A stretch of 64,000 nt of DNA, from positions 372,001 through 436,000 of the forward strand of contig NC_087441.1 of the NCBI RefSeq assembly GCF_036321535.1. Reading direction: 5' to 3'. Origin of the DNA: Camelus dromedarius (lineage: Eukaryota). A program made the position numbers and the translations under genes. Below, in pieces: positions 33,421 to 45,000 of this stretch (position 1 is its first letter; each line of letters starts with the position of its first letter). The notes beneath the pieces are model-generated. The model ran no database searches. It worked only from the letters and a program-made list of their open reading frames with translations, and was not told where the DNA came from.

Positions 33421-36400
33421 GTTCACAGAGTAAGTGAGTCGTGACACCCATTCATGGGTTTCCTTTTGTTGCTGTTGTTTTGTTTTTGTTGTTATTCCTT
33501 TTGATTTACACAACCCTCTTCAGCACATCTTTAACCACCATAGGAGCTTTAATTAAAAAACATTAAAAAGGCCTTTCAATGGCTTTGTCTGTAACCTCAA
33601 AGAACCAAAGGACCAACTGATGCCCCATCTGTTCTTAATACAGCAGCGTAAATAAAAGCGAATATACTTTAGCACCCACACAAGCCTGACTCAAAGGAAA
33701 ATTACTTACAGGCTATGGAAACCCACGGGAGCAGCGCTCCACCCAGCAGAAGGCACACTGGGCTGAGGCTCGGTGGCCCGTCGGGGCCACGAGAGCCTGG
33801 GGGAGGCTCTGCTCCACTGGTCAAGGAAGGGCATCAGGAGATACGGGCCGCCGGACGAGTGGCCCTTGAAGAAGTCGCTGCTTCCTTTGGGAACTGCTGG
33901 CTTTAACTCGGCTGCAGACCCGGCGCCGCGCCCAGAGGCCCTCTGCTCCAGCGTTGGCCTCACACAGGCCTGCACGAGCTTCTGCCCAGGGGCCGGTGAC
34001 ACTGGCTTTTTGTTCTTTGTTTCCCACTTGGCTTGGACAGACAGAGGCTGCCATCTTGGAGGCTGTAGCTTGCCTGTTGGGGCGGCTTCACCCGCTCCAC
34101 ACGCTGGCGGAGCCCCACCGGCCCTCTCTTCTCTCAGGGGAGCGGTCAGAGCGGCCAGGGTGGTGGGAGGTGTTTTGGAGGCGTAAGCCGAGTGGCAAAA
34201 CCAGCACGGCTCCAGGCGGGGCCTGGAAGAGGCTGGGTCACTGCTCTCGGTGGACAAGAGACTGACCTCACCACCCACAAAGTTCTTGCACCGCTGTTGA
34301 CAAGGACTTTTTCCCCATTTAACAGCCCTGTCAAGACACCATGCTTGGCCTTAAAGACGCAATTCCCCCAGAAACGCCTGGCTGAGGGTGCTACCAGGCC
34401 AGGGGTGAGAGGAGGGGAGGACAGAGCCAGGACGACTGTGGGCTCAGCAGGAGGAGGGAGGTGGGAGGGAGAGGACAGCGCTCTGGTGAGGGCCCTGTGG
34501 TCAGAGTGCGTGGGTGACACCCAGGTGGACGCAGCCTGGGGCGCAGGGGGGAGGCGCGTCTGCAGGCAAGGCGGCTCTCTGGCTGGGCTCGACCGTCAGG
34601 CTGAGAGGACAGCAGGCCAGAGCAGAGGACGCCCACGGACACGGCCTGTTCAGTGTGTCTGGGCCCTGCCACCTCCTCACCTCGGGGAGGCGGTCGGGCT
34701 GGGTCCCTTGCATTCGGAGACTTGGTGGGGGCCCAGGGCCACCATGTGGGCCGCAGGCTCGGCAGCAGCTCTGTTTCACGGTTGGAGGAACTTGGGCAGG
34801 GAGGCCCAGCCCCGGCCCTCTCCCCACGAAGAGCACAGCCAGAGGGCAGGTGGGGCCCGAGGCTGCGGGAGTTTCCCCGGAAAAAGATGAACGTGAGGCT
34901 GCTTTTCTTTCCTGGGTTTGGATGGGACAGAGTCAGAAAATGCTTCTGAAAAGCACACACAGCACCCCCGCCTATGGGTTGCTGGCCCAAGGCCCAGCCC
35001 TGCCCAGGCCTGAGGGGGGGTGCGGCCCCGCTGCGCGTGAGGAAGGGGCCAGGTGAGGAGGAGCCATGTGGCAGAGGGCTGGCCTGAGTCGCGTGCCCGT
35101 GGCCACACGCCTCTCTGGGGATGGGACACGCTAGGGTGGGGCTGCCTGCACGGCTTTCTGGGGCGTGGGTTTCGGATAGAGCAGGATGGGAGGAGCCGGC
35201 GTATCCTGAACGACTGTAGGTTGGGGGCAGCGGGGCCGGCCCTCCTCTGGCTCTCATGCCAGCTGCTCCCCGGCTTGGGAAAGCACTGGGCAGCTGTGAA
35301 GGCCACTGAGGGCCCGGGGGGCCCGAGCCCCTGGGTGGCCTCACTTCCTGAAAACCCCAGGACCCAGGACGAGGAGAACGAGGACACGAGGTCTCAGGAC
35401 TCCATCTCTGCCACCTGGTGGGGTTCTGAGCCCACCCCTTACCCGCGGGACCCCGACAAAGGTGGATTTCAAAGTTGAGTAGCACCGAGCTCCCCTGCAT
35501 GGACGCACGGCCCCGCCCTCCAGAAGCCGGGACCCCTCCCAGGGCCTCGCCCTGAGGCTCAGACCAGTCAGGTGGACACAGCACGGACCAGCCCCCAGGA
35601 AGACTCCCAGCCGGGAAGGGGCCTGTGACTGGCTGTTGGGACCCCTCTGTCCCCATCCGCTCCTTTGGAATTTTCTACTGTTTGGTCTGTCTTTGTCGCT
35701 GTATCCACATTCCCTGCTTTGGAGGAGCTGGGGGCGCTGTTTTGGGGACCTCCCTGAGGTCAGATCAGCTCAGTGGTTCTTCCCAAAGGAAACGGGCCCG
35801 AGTCTGAAAACTGGCCTGACACACCGAGGCGCTGGGAGGAGAGGAGCTCCTTATTCCATGTCAAAGATGTCGAGCTGCAGAAACTTAAGTCTCACGTGGC
35901 GCGAGCGATGCGGGGCGAGCCCTCTCTGGTCGGCTCCGAGGCCCAGCCTCGCTCAGCGCCCGCCTGCGGGGGACCTCGGCCGGCCTGGCTCTGTCGCAGC
36001 TACTCTCTGTTTTGTGACTTCAACGTCCAAACCAAGCTGAGGCCACAGTTCCCCGCTGTGCTCTGTCGCGGCCTGGAACGGCACGAGGGTCACCGCTCTC
36101 ACTGCAGTCCACGTCTGGGAGGGTGGGGTGGACCCTGCCCAGCGAGACGGATGGCACCGGGCCTCGGTTTCACGTCTGGTCTGCGATGGGGTCTTGACAT
36201 CTCTCTGCAGCTGCCTCGAGTCTCCCAGACCCCAGGGCTTATCCCGGGACCACCGGGCAGGGGTCTCCCCGCGGCCTCTGCAAGAGCCAGTGGGAGCCTC
36301 CACGCCGTGTGTCCACCCCTCGTCTGGCCTTCCATCCCCTCCCTGGACCCCAGGCCCCTGAGTGCAGACCCAGAGGGAGCCCCAGCCCGGAGCCCCTCCC

Positions 36401-37963
36401 CACGTGCTCCTCCGTCACATTCCCCCGCCTTTCACATCCCAACTCCAGCCTGGGCTCTGGCTGCCCCTTTTGCCCTGGGGCAGGTATCCATTTGTCACAA
36501 AGTTCCCCAGACACCCTGCCTGGTGGAAACTGTGGCCCAGGTGTGGCCCTACCAGGCCATCAGCCCTGCCGCTTCCCCAGGGCTCTGAGGCTGGATTCGC
36601 CACCTTATGTGACTTGCAACGGTCCTGCGAGCTCCTCCTTACAGACACAGGCACTTGCCGAGCCTCGGGCCTCGTCTGCTGCGGCAGAGATGGCAAGGGC
36701 CCCGTCTCCCACTAACCCTCCTGCTGTTGTGGCCCCAGCAGAGAGCTGGGTTGGCCCGGTGGCCCGGCCCTAAGCCTCCTCTCACGCCTCACCCCCGGCT
36801 CTCTGCTCCAGGGAGGCCTGAGGCAGTCACTTGATGCCTCCCGATTAGCCGGTTTCACAGAGGCCAGAACCAAGCCCTGAGGGGGTGACTAGGTCCTTCC
36901 TGCCCCGACGACCCCTCGCCCGCCCAGGACTCTGCCTCCTTGAGCCTGAGGCTGCTTCTAAAGGGAACTTCAGTCTTCCTGGAAGGAGACCACCACCCTG
37001 GGACCCAAACTCATCACCCCCAGGCCAGGGGGTGGGGGGCCTGGGGCGTCCGGCCTGAGCGGCTGCTGGGGGAACGAAGCCGCTTGCGTGCACCAGGGAC
37101 CCCCGGGCAGCAGGACGCACTCCAGGGATGAGGCTCTCAGGCAGCCCCTGAGGCACGTCCCCCGCTCAGCTGCTGCAGCCCTGCCCGGCCCACTGGCTGC
37201 AAGGCCTCTCCCGCCCCATGGCCTCGCAGCTGCACGCCTTTGATCTAAATCCCCCCTGGACGCAGCCACCACTTGCAACAGCTTCCTGCCGGTTTCGTGT
37301 TCCCAGGCGGTCAGTCCTGTGTCCTCCACTCCCTCCAGGGCGCCGGGGGCCCTTGAGTGATGACAACACGTGGGCCTTTGCTGGCCTTCCAGTGTCTGAC
37401 CTCAGGGGATCCCTCCCTCCCCCTCCCACTGGTGCTTCCACTGAGGTGGCCACAGTTCACCAGCTGTCGTCCCCGCCTGGCCCCCCACCGGCCACTCACT
37501 TTCAAAGGCCTGCATGTCCTCCCGGTCTCCTGGGGCAGAGCAGGCCCGGCTGTCCCAGCCCCACAGCCGGGGGTGGGAAAGCAGTGAGTGCCCGGGGCGG
37601 GGTCCACCCGTGCCCCCCTCCAGCCTCCCGGGGCCTGCTCAGCCCCTGGTCAACGCTGGTTGCCTGGGAAACTGCAGGCATTTTAAGTGAAGACAAGCCT
37701 TGAGGGCCACCCGGGAAAGGGTGGTTGCCCCTACCGCATGTCCATCGCCCGGTGCTGGGGACACAGACCAGGTCGTGGCCCAGGCCAGAGGCCAGAGGAG
37801 GGCCTCACACCTGCCTCCTCCTCTGTGTCCACAGAGACCTGCCTAGGCCTCAGCCTCTATCCAGGGGGACGCCACCTGGGCAGGCCTGTGGCCAGCACAG
37901 GGCCAGGAGAGCGTGCTGGGGGTGGGCATGTGCGGAGGTCGAGCACCCCCACCAAGGGCGACC

Positions 37964-38001
37964 CCCCTCAGCGAGACTCCCCTCAGCGAGACCTTCCTCA
38001 G
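37964..38001. repeat. 15-bp tandem repeat (about 2.5 copies)
   Basis: cccctcagcgagact / cccctcagcgagacc / ttcctcag. Confidence 0.9.
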
Positions 38002-38339
38002 GCAGGAGCCTGGACCCAAGGTCACAGGAGTTTTCCAGCAAGAACTCCAGGCCTCCATCTGCAGTGACCAGTGACTCAAATCAGAAAATACACCTCATGC
38101 TAGACTGACTGTGTCCAGGCCAGAGTGGCAGGCGGGCTTCGGTCTAGCCGTGGCCTGCGTGCTGTTCTCAGGAACCAAGAAAACCCCACCAGGCCACGTG
38201 GGTTCTCCGAGGCGGGTTTCACACGGAGGTCCCACACAGCACCGTATCGAGACGCGGACCACACAGAAGCCCGCTTGTGAGAAGGCGACCTCAGAGTGCC
38301 CTAGACGAGGTCCATCATGACGACTCTGTGATGTTTAGT

Positions 38340-38450
38340 CGCGAAGGCTGTAGAATAGGCCATAATTTGCACCACAGTTTGTTTCTCCATTCATGGATTT
38401 TTGAGTTGTTTTCATTCTTTTGTAAGAGCAACGCTGAAAGGGAAACTCTC
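38340..38450 (-). mobile_element. Old L1ME-type fragment
   Basis: 'ccataatttgcaccacagtttgtttctccattcatggatttttgagttgttttcattcttttgtaagagcaacgctg' resembles reverse L1 'ccataattt...attgatggacatttaggttgtttccag'. Confidence 0.45.
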
Positions 38451-41397
38451 ACCTAGGAATCGTGGAGAGAGATGAGAGCGGGCGGGAGGGGGCAGGGGGC
38501 TCAGCCGGGACTGAGGGCTGCGTCTACTCTCAACTGCCCCTGGACGGAGGGCCCTGCATCGCCCAGGTCACCCGGCCCCACGTGCCTGCCCTGGGGCCTG
38601 TGAGACCTGGGCCCGTCTGCCAGCCTTCTCTCTGCGCTGACCCTAGCTCTGTTTCCCCAGGAAAGCCTGTGTCTTTGCTCTGCATTCTCTGGGACGTTCT
38701 GGAAGTCCCTCCAAGGCTGTGCATGACACTGAGGGACTTGCGGGACCAGCTGGGCCACACATGGAAAGGACCCGCAGAGGCGTCTGAAGACCCGGGTGCA
38801 GCTGGAGGCCATGGGGCAGCATCCAGAAAGGTCTGATGCTGGCAGGAGGAGCATGGACAGACCAGAACCGTCCCCACACTCGGCACCCGGAGGTCTCAGG
38901 GGAGGCACTGGAAAGCGGGACACAGGCCCTGACCCAGAGACCCAGCGCCCACCGGCAAGGTGGGCCGAGCTCAGGGGCAGCAGAGCCCGCCCGGGCCCAT
39001 CCACCCTGCAGTGCCTTCCATCTGAGAAAGACAAGACTCAAGCTGCCTTCTTTACCTTCATCCGTTACCATTTCAAAAAATTTGCTGTAGTGACATCTTC
39101 CAAGAATAACCAATTATGCATTTTTTCCTTAAAAAAGCTTAGTAATTCCTTTGATATTGCTTACAAAGAAAGGCCCTTCTAATATATTTACAAGTCTTAT
39201 AGTCGTTTACTTGCATTGATCATACCGTGTATTACTAGTGGTGCTTTGTGAGCGCTGATTCGTTCAGAACATCAGATGACAACCGTCAGGGCCACCATTT
39301 GTGTTTCCAGTGTTGCCGTGAACTCAGGGACCTGAGCGTTCAGGGTGTCCCGTCCACCGCGGTCACCATCGCCTCGCCTTCCCACGGGTGAGAGGCAGGA
39401 GCCTGGCAGCCCCCTGACCATCTGACCTGGAACTGGCCGTTTCCTTGGGCTCCTCTTTTCCGCAGTGAGAGTTTGTCATTTGGTGTTTTGCTCCTGGGGC
39501 ATCTGGAATCTTGCTTTGTGTTTGGTGTGAGGAGGGATCCGTCCCCCAGCCATCTCGCTTGGTGGGAAACGGAAGAGGCCTGTGCAGGGAGAGGGGCCCA
39601 GGAGGGGCGGCGTCCGGGCAGCGTCTCCTAGCTCAGACTCGGACGGGGCAGCTGTGGGGCCAGCAGGGGACCAGCGCCACTGAGCAAGCACCGGGGGAGG
39701 GTCTGGAGATGTGGCTCCAGCAAACCAGGCCAGCCCCAGAGCTTGCCTCCCCTCAGGCTGCAGATGAAGCCACTGGCAACACAGGTTATTTGCAACCGGA
39801 AAATGTGTCCATCACGTCTTTGTGGGTAAGAGAAACTGGAACCACGTTTAGAGCCGATGGCTAGCAGGACCTGCAGGGGCTCCGGGGAGCCGCACGGCAG
39901 GCCCCACGCCTCACGCACCGCCCCTTCCGCGAAGTGTGCCGTCAGCCGGCGGGCCTCCTCCCCGTCCCAGGGCCACAGGTGAGCCTCCGGGCCCCGCCCC
40001 ACGCGCTCCGCCTGCTCCGGGCGGGCGCAAGTGCTGCCTTGCGGGAAAGGCTCCGTGATGTTTTAGTTAAACGGCCTGCGGCCGTGAGGTGGGAGCACAG
40101 CTCAGCGAGACCCCACTGATTCTTCGCAAGTTTAAATTTGCACGAAGTCAGGTAACTGCTATCTCTCAAAAAGCGTTTTAAATACGTAGGAATTCGTTAA
40201 TCCTTTAATAGCAGGAGGACAAACAAGGCAAGACTTTGTACCTTCACCTGTACTTACTTCCTGCTGAATTTTTGAGACGTCTTTTCGATGCCGTCCTTGA
40301 CCTAAAGGACACTAGAAACAAGGGTGTCAGGCATCCCATTCATTCACTCAATATTTGCCGACTTCCCACTTTTTTAAAAGGCACTTTTTTGACAGAAATT
40401 GGGCATCAGAGCCTTTGGGGGCTGCAGGGAAGAGCCCAGTCCTCAGGGTGGGGCTGAAGCTTCTCTGAAGGTGGGTCCCTGCTGGGGACCCTGGGCACTG
40501 CCCCCACCAACGCAGGAGACCCAGGACCGAGCGGTGGCCTCTGACCGGCAGCTGGGACCATGTTCTCCCCCATCTGCTGTCCCACTGGCCCCGTCCTGAC
40601 ACTCAACTCACCGAAGAGCAGATTTCTCTGTGGGAACCAGCCCAGGGCCTCCTGCAGCCCGGGGTCCCATCCAGACGCAGCAGGTCCTGGCCGTCTGCTC
40701 ACCTGCCGCCCTGCCCCATGGAACACGCTGCTCGCTCTGTTCCTTCTGCGTCTCCTCCCTGCAGCCTTTTGCGCAGCGACCAGGCAGTTCCCGCTGCTCT
40801 GAGACCACTCCTGCTCATCTCCTCTGTATGCTGAGCCCAGGATCAGTGCCGCTTACACAGTGGGAGGTTTTAAAGTGTCCCCTGAGTGACAGGAAGAGGG
40901 AGGAGGTCAGACCGCGCGCAAATCCCGCGTTTCCGATCCACCTGCTGCAGGGTGTGCAGCACGACTGGCGGGAACCGCCCACTCCCCTACCCCGGGACCG
41001 CGCATTTCATCTGCGAGCCTGGCTCCTCTGCAGCCTGTGCGCAGAGTCAGGAGGGGTGAGGGTGGCGAGCAGCCCTGCAAACAGACTCCCTGTGCCCGCT
41101 GACCCTCCCACCTGCCGTCCAGGGTGCCCAGTCCCAGAGTCCCTGGGGCAGTTCCTCACTGGGTCCCGTTACTCACACGCTCATGACGATTTCCTCCGCT
41201 GACCCTGGACATGCTACGAGAGGGACATGCATGGGGACAGGAGGCTTGTTGGGCAGATGCTACAGAAAGACCCTGGGACCCTGAGAAAGGGGATCCCTTC
41301 GCCCTGCAGGTCATCAGACTGGCCCACCCAGGAAAGGACCTGACATAAAGGTGCCCAGACACAGCAGGAAGCCCGGATTCCCCTGCAGGCTGGTGTC

Positions 41398-41520
41398 CTT
41401 GTGTCCGTGTGTGTGTCTGTGTGCATGTGTCTGTGCGTGTGTCTGCATATGTGTGAGTATAGACGTGTTATCCCCTCCCCTCCTCTGAGTGTGTGTCTGC
41501 ACACACGCACGTGCACAGGT
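41398..41520. repeat. Degenerate (TG)n tract
   Basis: 'gtgtccgtgtgtgtgtctgtgtgcatgtgtctgtgcgtgtgtctgcatatgtgtgag'. Confidence 0.85.
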
Positions 41521-41937
41521 GTAAATCCAGGGGCTGTAGGCCGTGCTCATATCCGAGTCCCTGTGACTTACCTCTCGGTGGCCATGCTGAACTTGGGAGG
41601 ACGGTCTGGGCCACCGGGTCAGGGACCAGCTCGAAGTGTCTCAAGCACCATGGGGAGCAGTGTCCTCACAGTGAGAAGCTGATCATGAACACAGCCAGGA
41701 GGAAGGACGCCCCGGGACCAACAGCGTGCAGCTTTGTGCAGGCATCACACCCTCACTCAACCCGCTTAGTCTCCAGGTCCCACTTCTCCTGCCCTGCTCC
41801 AAGTGTGCCCAGTGGCGTGGTTGTCCTTGTGCTGGAAGGACTGGGCACCCGATGGAGATGGCAAACTACAGGTGAAGCATGAAGATAGTGTGAGTTCACA
41901 GCACAACTGCACAGTCACATAGACGACACCCACACCT

Positions 41938-42075
41938 GTCTACACAGTCACACGGGACAGACGCCCCGTCTACACGGTCACGTGGGAGAAACCCCATCTA
42001 CATGGTCACACGTGTCAGATGCCCCCCGTCTACATGGTCACGTGGGAGAAACCCCGTCTACACGGTCACCTGGGG
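41938..42075. repeat. 28-32-bp minisatellite (5 units) with alternating A/B units (about 60-bp higher-order period)
   Basis: gtctacacagtcacacgggacagacgcccc / gtctacacggtcacgtgggagaaacccc / atctacatggtcacacgtgtcagatgcccccc / gtctacatggtcacgtgggagaaacccc / gtctacacggtcacctgggg. Confidence 0.95.
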
Positions 42076-45000
42076 CCAACCCTCCTGCCTCCCCCAGAAG
42101 CTGTTGTGCGGTCTTTGCTGGTGGAGCAGTCCAGGTAGACGAGGGATGGCCTGTGCTCTCGTGGCCGGCAGCGCCTGGGGCTCCCGGGCTGGGTCCCGCC
42201 AGCTGCTTGCCGCTGATTCGAGCTCGTGAGTCCTACGTTGGGCTTGTAGTTAGGGGACGCGTGGGTCTGGTGTCCTCCTGGCCCCCCGCCCCTGTTGGCT
42301 GCTGGCTTCCTGGGATTGCTCTGCCTTCAGGAACAAGGGCCCCGCCTCTGTCTCCCACACAGGCTGCGTCCAGACCCCCTCGTCCAGCGTGCCACCTGGA
42401 CACCCACTGGCAGGGTGGGCGCCGCTGAGCCTGAGGGCGGCTCCAAGCCCTGGGGCCAGGGCCTAGCGAAGTGACCGAATCCCCACTCCCCCTCAGAAGG
42501 CTGCTTCAAGTCCACTTCTTCTCCAAAGATAATCTTCCTACTATTGTCTCATAATTAAAAACATCTACTTCTTTCCAGCAGACACCCAGATTCATCTCTT
42601 TTTCTTCTTAAAATATCCTTTTCTTTGAAGACAGAGGCCATGGAGGCAGGTGGGGAGTCGGCCGTCCTGGTGGCCTCTCCGCTGGGCAGCTGGATGACCT
42701 CCTGCAGGGTGGCCCGGGGCCCACGTGGTCCAGCTCTGCCTTCAGCATGAAGCAAGTTATGTGACAAAGACAGTGAGTGGAGTGGCCAAGGCATGCTGTC
42801 CTAGGTCACAGGCTCTGGGAGGGGGGCAGGGAGGGCCGGCTGGGCACCGATGCCCCACCACCTGGCCCCACCTGGACAGGACACCGGCCCCCTTGCCCAG
42901 CCCGGGTGCTTGTGGGCCAGACTACAGTCAGCCCAGGCCTTGCTGCAGGGAGGGGTGTGAGGAAAGAGGGAGTGGGTGTGGTTGCTGAGCGGACATGGCC
43001 CAGTGGTCCCTGCGATTCAGGGACCTGACTGACCAGGGAGAGCACCCCAGGTCTGAGGGTGGAGCACGTGGGAGGCACTTTGCACACGGGGACCCCAGGC
43101 CGCCTCACACAGCGACCGGTGAGCCATGGGGTCGTGGCCTCCCAGGGCTGCTCTGGGACGGGGCGAGCTGACCTGCAGGCACCCGGCGCGATGCCTGGCC
43201 TCTGGCAGACCCTGCCCCTGTCGTCGTTAATTTACTATTGTCTGTTACCTGACATCCCCGTGCGGCTGCTGCGTCATCCTCGTCCCAGAGGATGAAAAGG
43301 TAAAACAGATTAAAGGAAACCGTGACCCGTCAAGGAGCCAAATCTACGGCAAATGACAAGCCCAGGCAGTCGCGTCAGATGTGGGGTCAGCCGACTGCTC
43401 CCAGATCCAGGGACTAGGGGTGCCCTTCCCAGCACGGAACTCACGGGAGCCCCCCAACCACCCACGGGATGCTGTCGGCTGCCGTTGGCCCAGCGTCCCC
43501 CGCTCCACGAGCGCAGCTGGCCGTCCCCCTGCTGGTCTCCTCCAGCACGGCCTCTTGGCTCCGCTGGCTGTGAGGTCTTGACCACTGGCAGCGTCTGCCC
43601 CAGACAGGCACTGGTTCCCCACCTGCCTCCCGCAGGCCGGTGGTGGCCAGCAGACTGGTGAGTCACTAACAGATGATACGAACAGAAAACAGGCTGCAGA
43701 GGCCAGTGCAGCTCAGGAAGCCCCCCAAGGTGACTGGGTCCCCCGGCCTGGACCCCGGCCTGGAGGGACTGGGTGAAGGTGGAGGGGGCACACGGCAGTG
43801 GCTTCGCACTCCCTTGGGGCCCAAGGGGTGGCCGGGCGGCGGCACCCTCTGGGAGGACTGGGCGGGTGAGCCGCAGACTTGGCAGAGGGTCTGAGGCCCC
43901 CACGCCCAGGCCCTGACTGTATTTCTGCTCCTCCCCCATCCTGAAGCCGTTGCGGTGTGGCCTGCGTGTGGGCTGAGCGTAGCCACCTGTCCCCTGGGCA
44001 GCCCCTTGCAGAGGCCAGGCCTGAGGGACCCCGACCTCCGTGCCCACGGCCTCGGCTCCTGGAGAAGAAACACGACACTGGAAAGTGAGCAGTGTGGGGC
44101 TCACTCTGAAATGAGCGGTTTCCCTGCCCCCACGATTCCTCTGTCACCTCCTCGGGGCCCTGCGTCATGGGAATGCCCAGTACCTGCACGCTTGGTGGCT
44201 GGGTCCCACAGGCCCTGATTCAGGTCCCAGTGGAGATGGGGCCTCGCATGGGAGATCCCAGGTCCCAGCCCCAGGCCCACCACACACAGCCCGCTCCGAC
44301 CTCGGCTCCGCAGACACGGAGCTCCTCTCACGGTCTGTCCCAGACACACGCTCCAGCATGTCCTGGAAGGCGCTGTCCACCCGGGCTCGGGTTTGGGGCC
44401 ACACCTTGGGCTGTGTCCCACTGCCCCCCACAGACACCTGGGACTCCCTGTGGGCTCGCTGGCTGGACACTGCACAGGGCCAGCAGCCGAGCCCTCCCAC
44501 CTCGTCCAGCATCCAGCGAGATCCTTCCAGCCCCATCACACCTGCTGCCACCCGCCCACCCAGGAGCTAAGCAGGTGATTCGTGGGCTGAGGGGTTTGCA
44601 GGTTCCAGCTGCAACTTTTCACTAGCTTCCTGCCACGGCCACCCACCTGGGGGTAGATCTCAGATTCGTTCCTAGCAGTGAACAGGTCTCCTTGGGACAG
44701 GAAGCCTGGGCAGGACCCTGACCAGCAGGTGAGGGCACTGCCGCTCCCCGGCGGCCCTTGCTTCCCGACACTGCGCGTGTGTTAGTGGCATAGGGGCACC
44801 CATGTGCCCACCGACAGAGCCCAGAGGAAGGACGTCGCCAGCGAGGCGTGTCTGCCGCACCCTCTCCCTGCTCCCATGTGGCTGCCCCTCCCACACACAC
44901 GAGCCCCAGAGCCACTGCCTGCTCCGCTTGGCCTCACACTTTGCAGGAGGGTCCTACTCTCCAGTCTCTTGGGACCAACCTTCCATCCTCTGTGGCCGTC

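Noticed and set aside
34391-35656. 421-aa minus-strand ORF
   Set aside because: Low-complexity P/G/S/A/R composition, no recognisable domain, no flanking gene signals.
37357-37444. C/D-box snoRNA candidates (GTGATGA...CTGA here and at about 61064-61156)
   Set aside because: No convincing terminal stem or C'/D' boxes, and no host-gene context.
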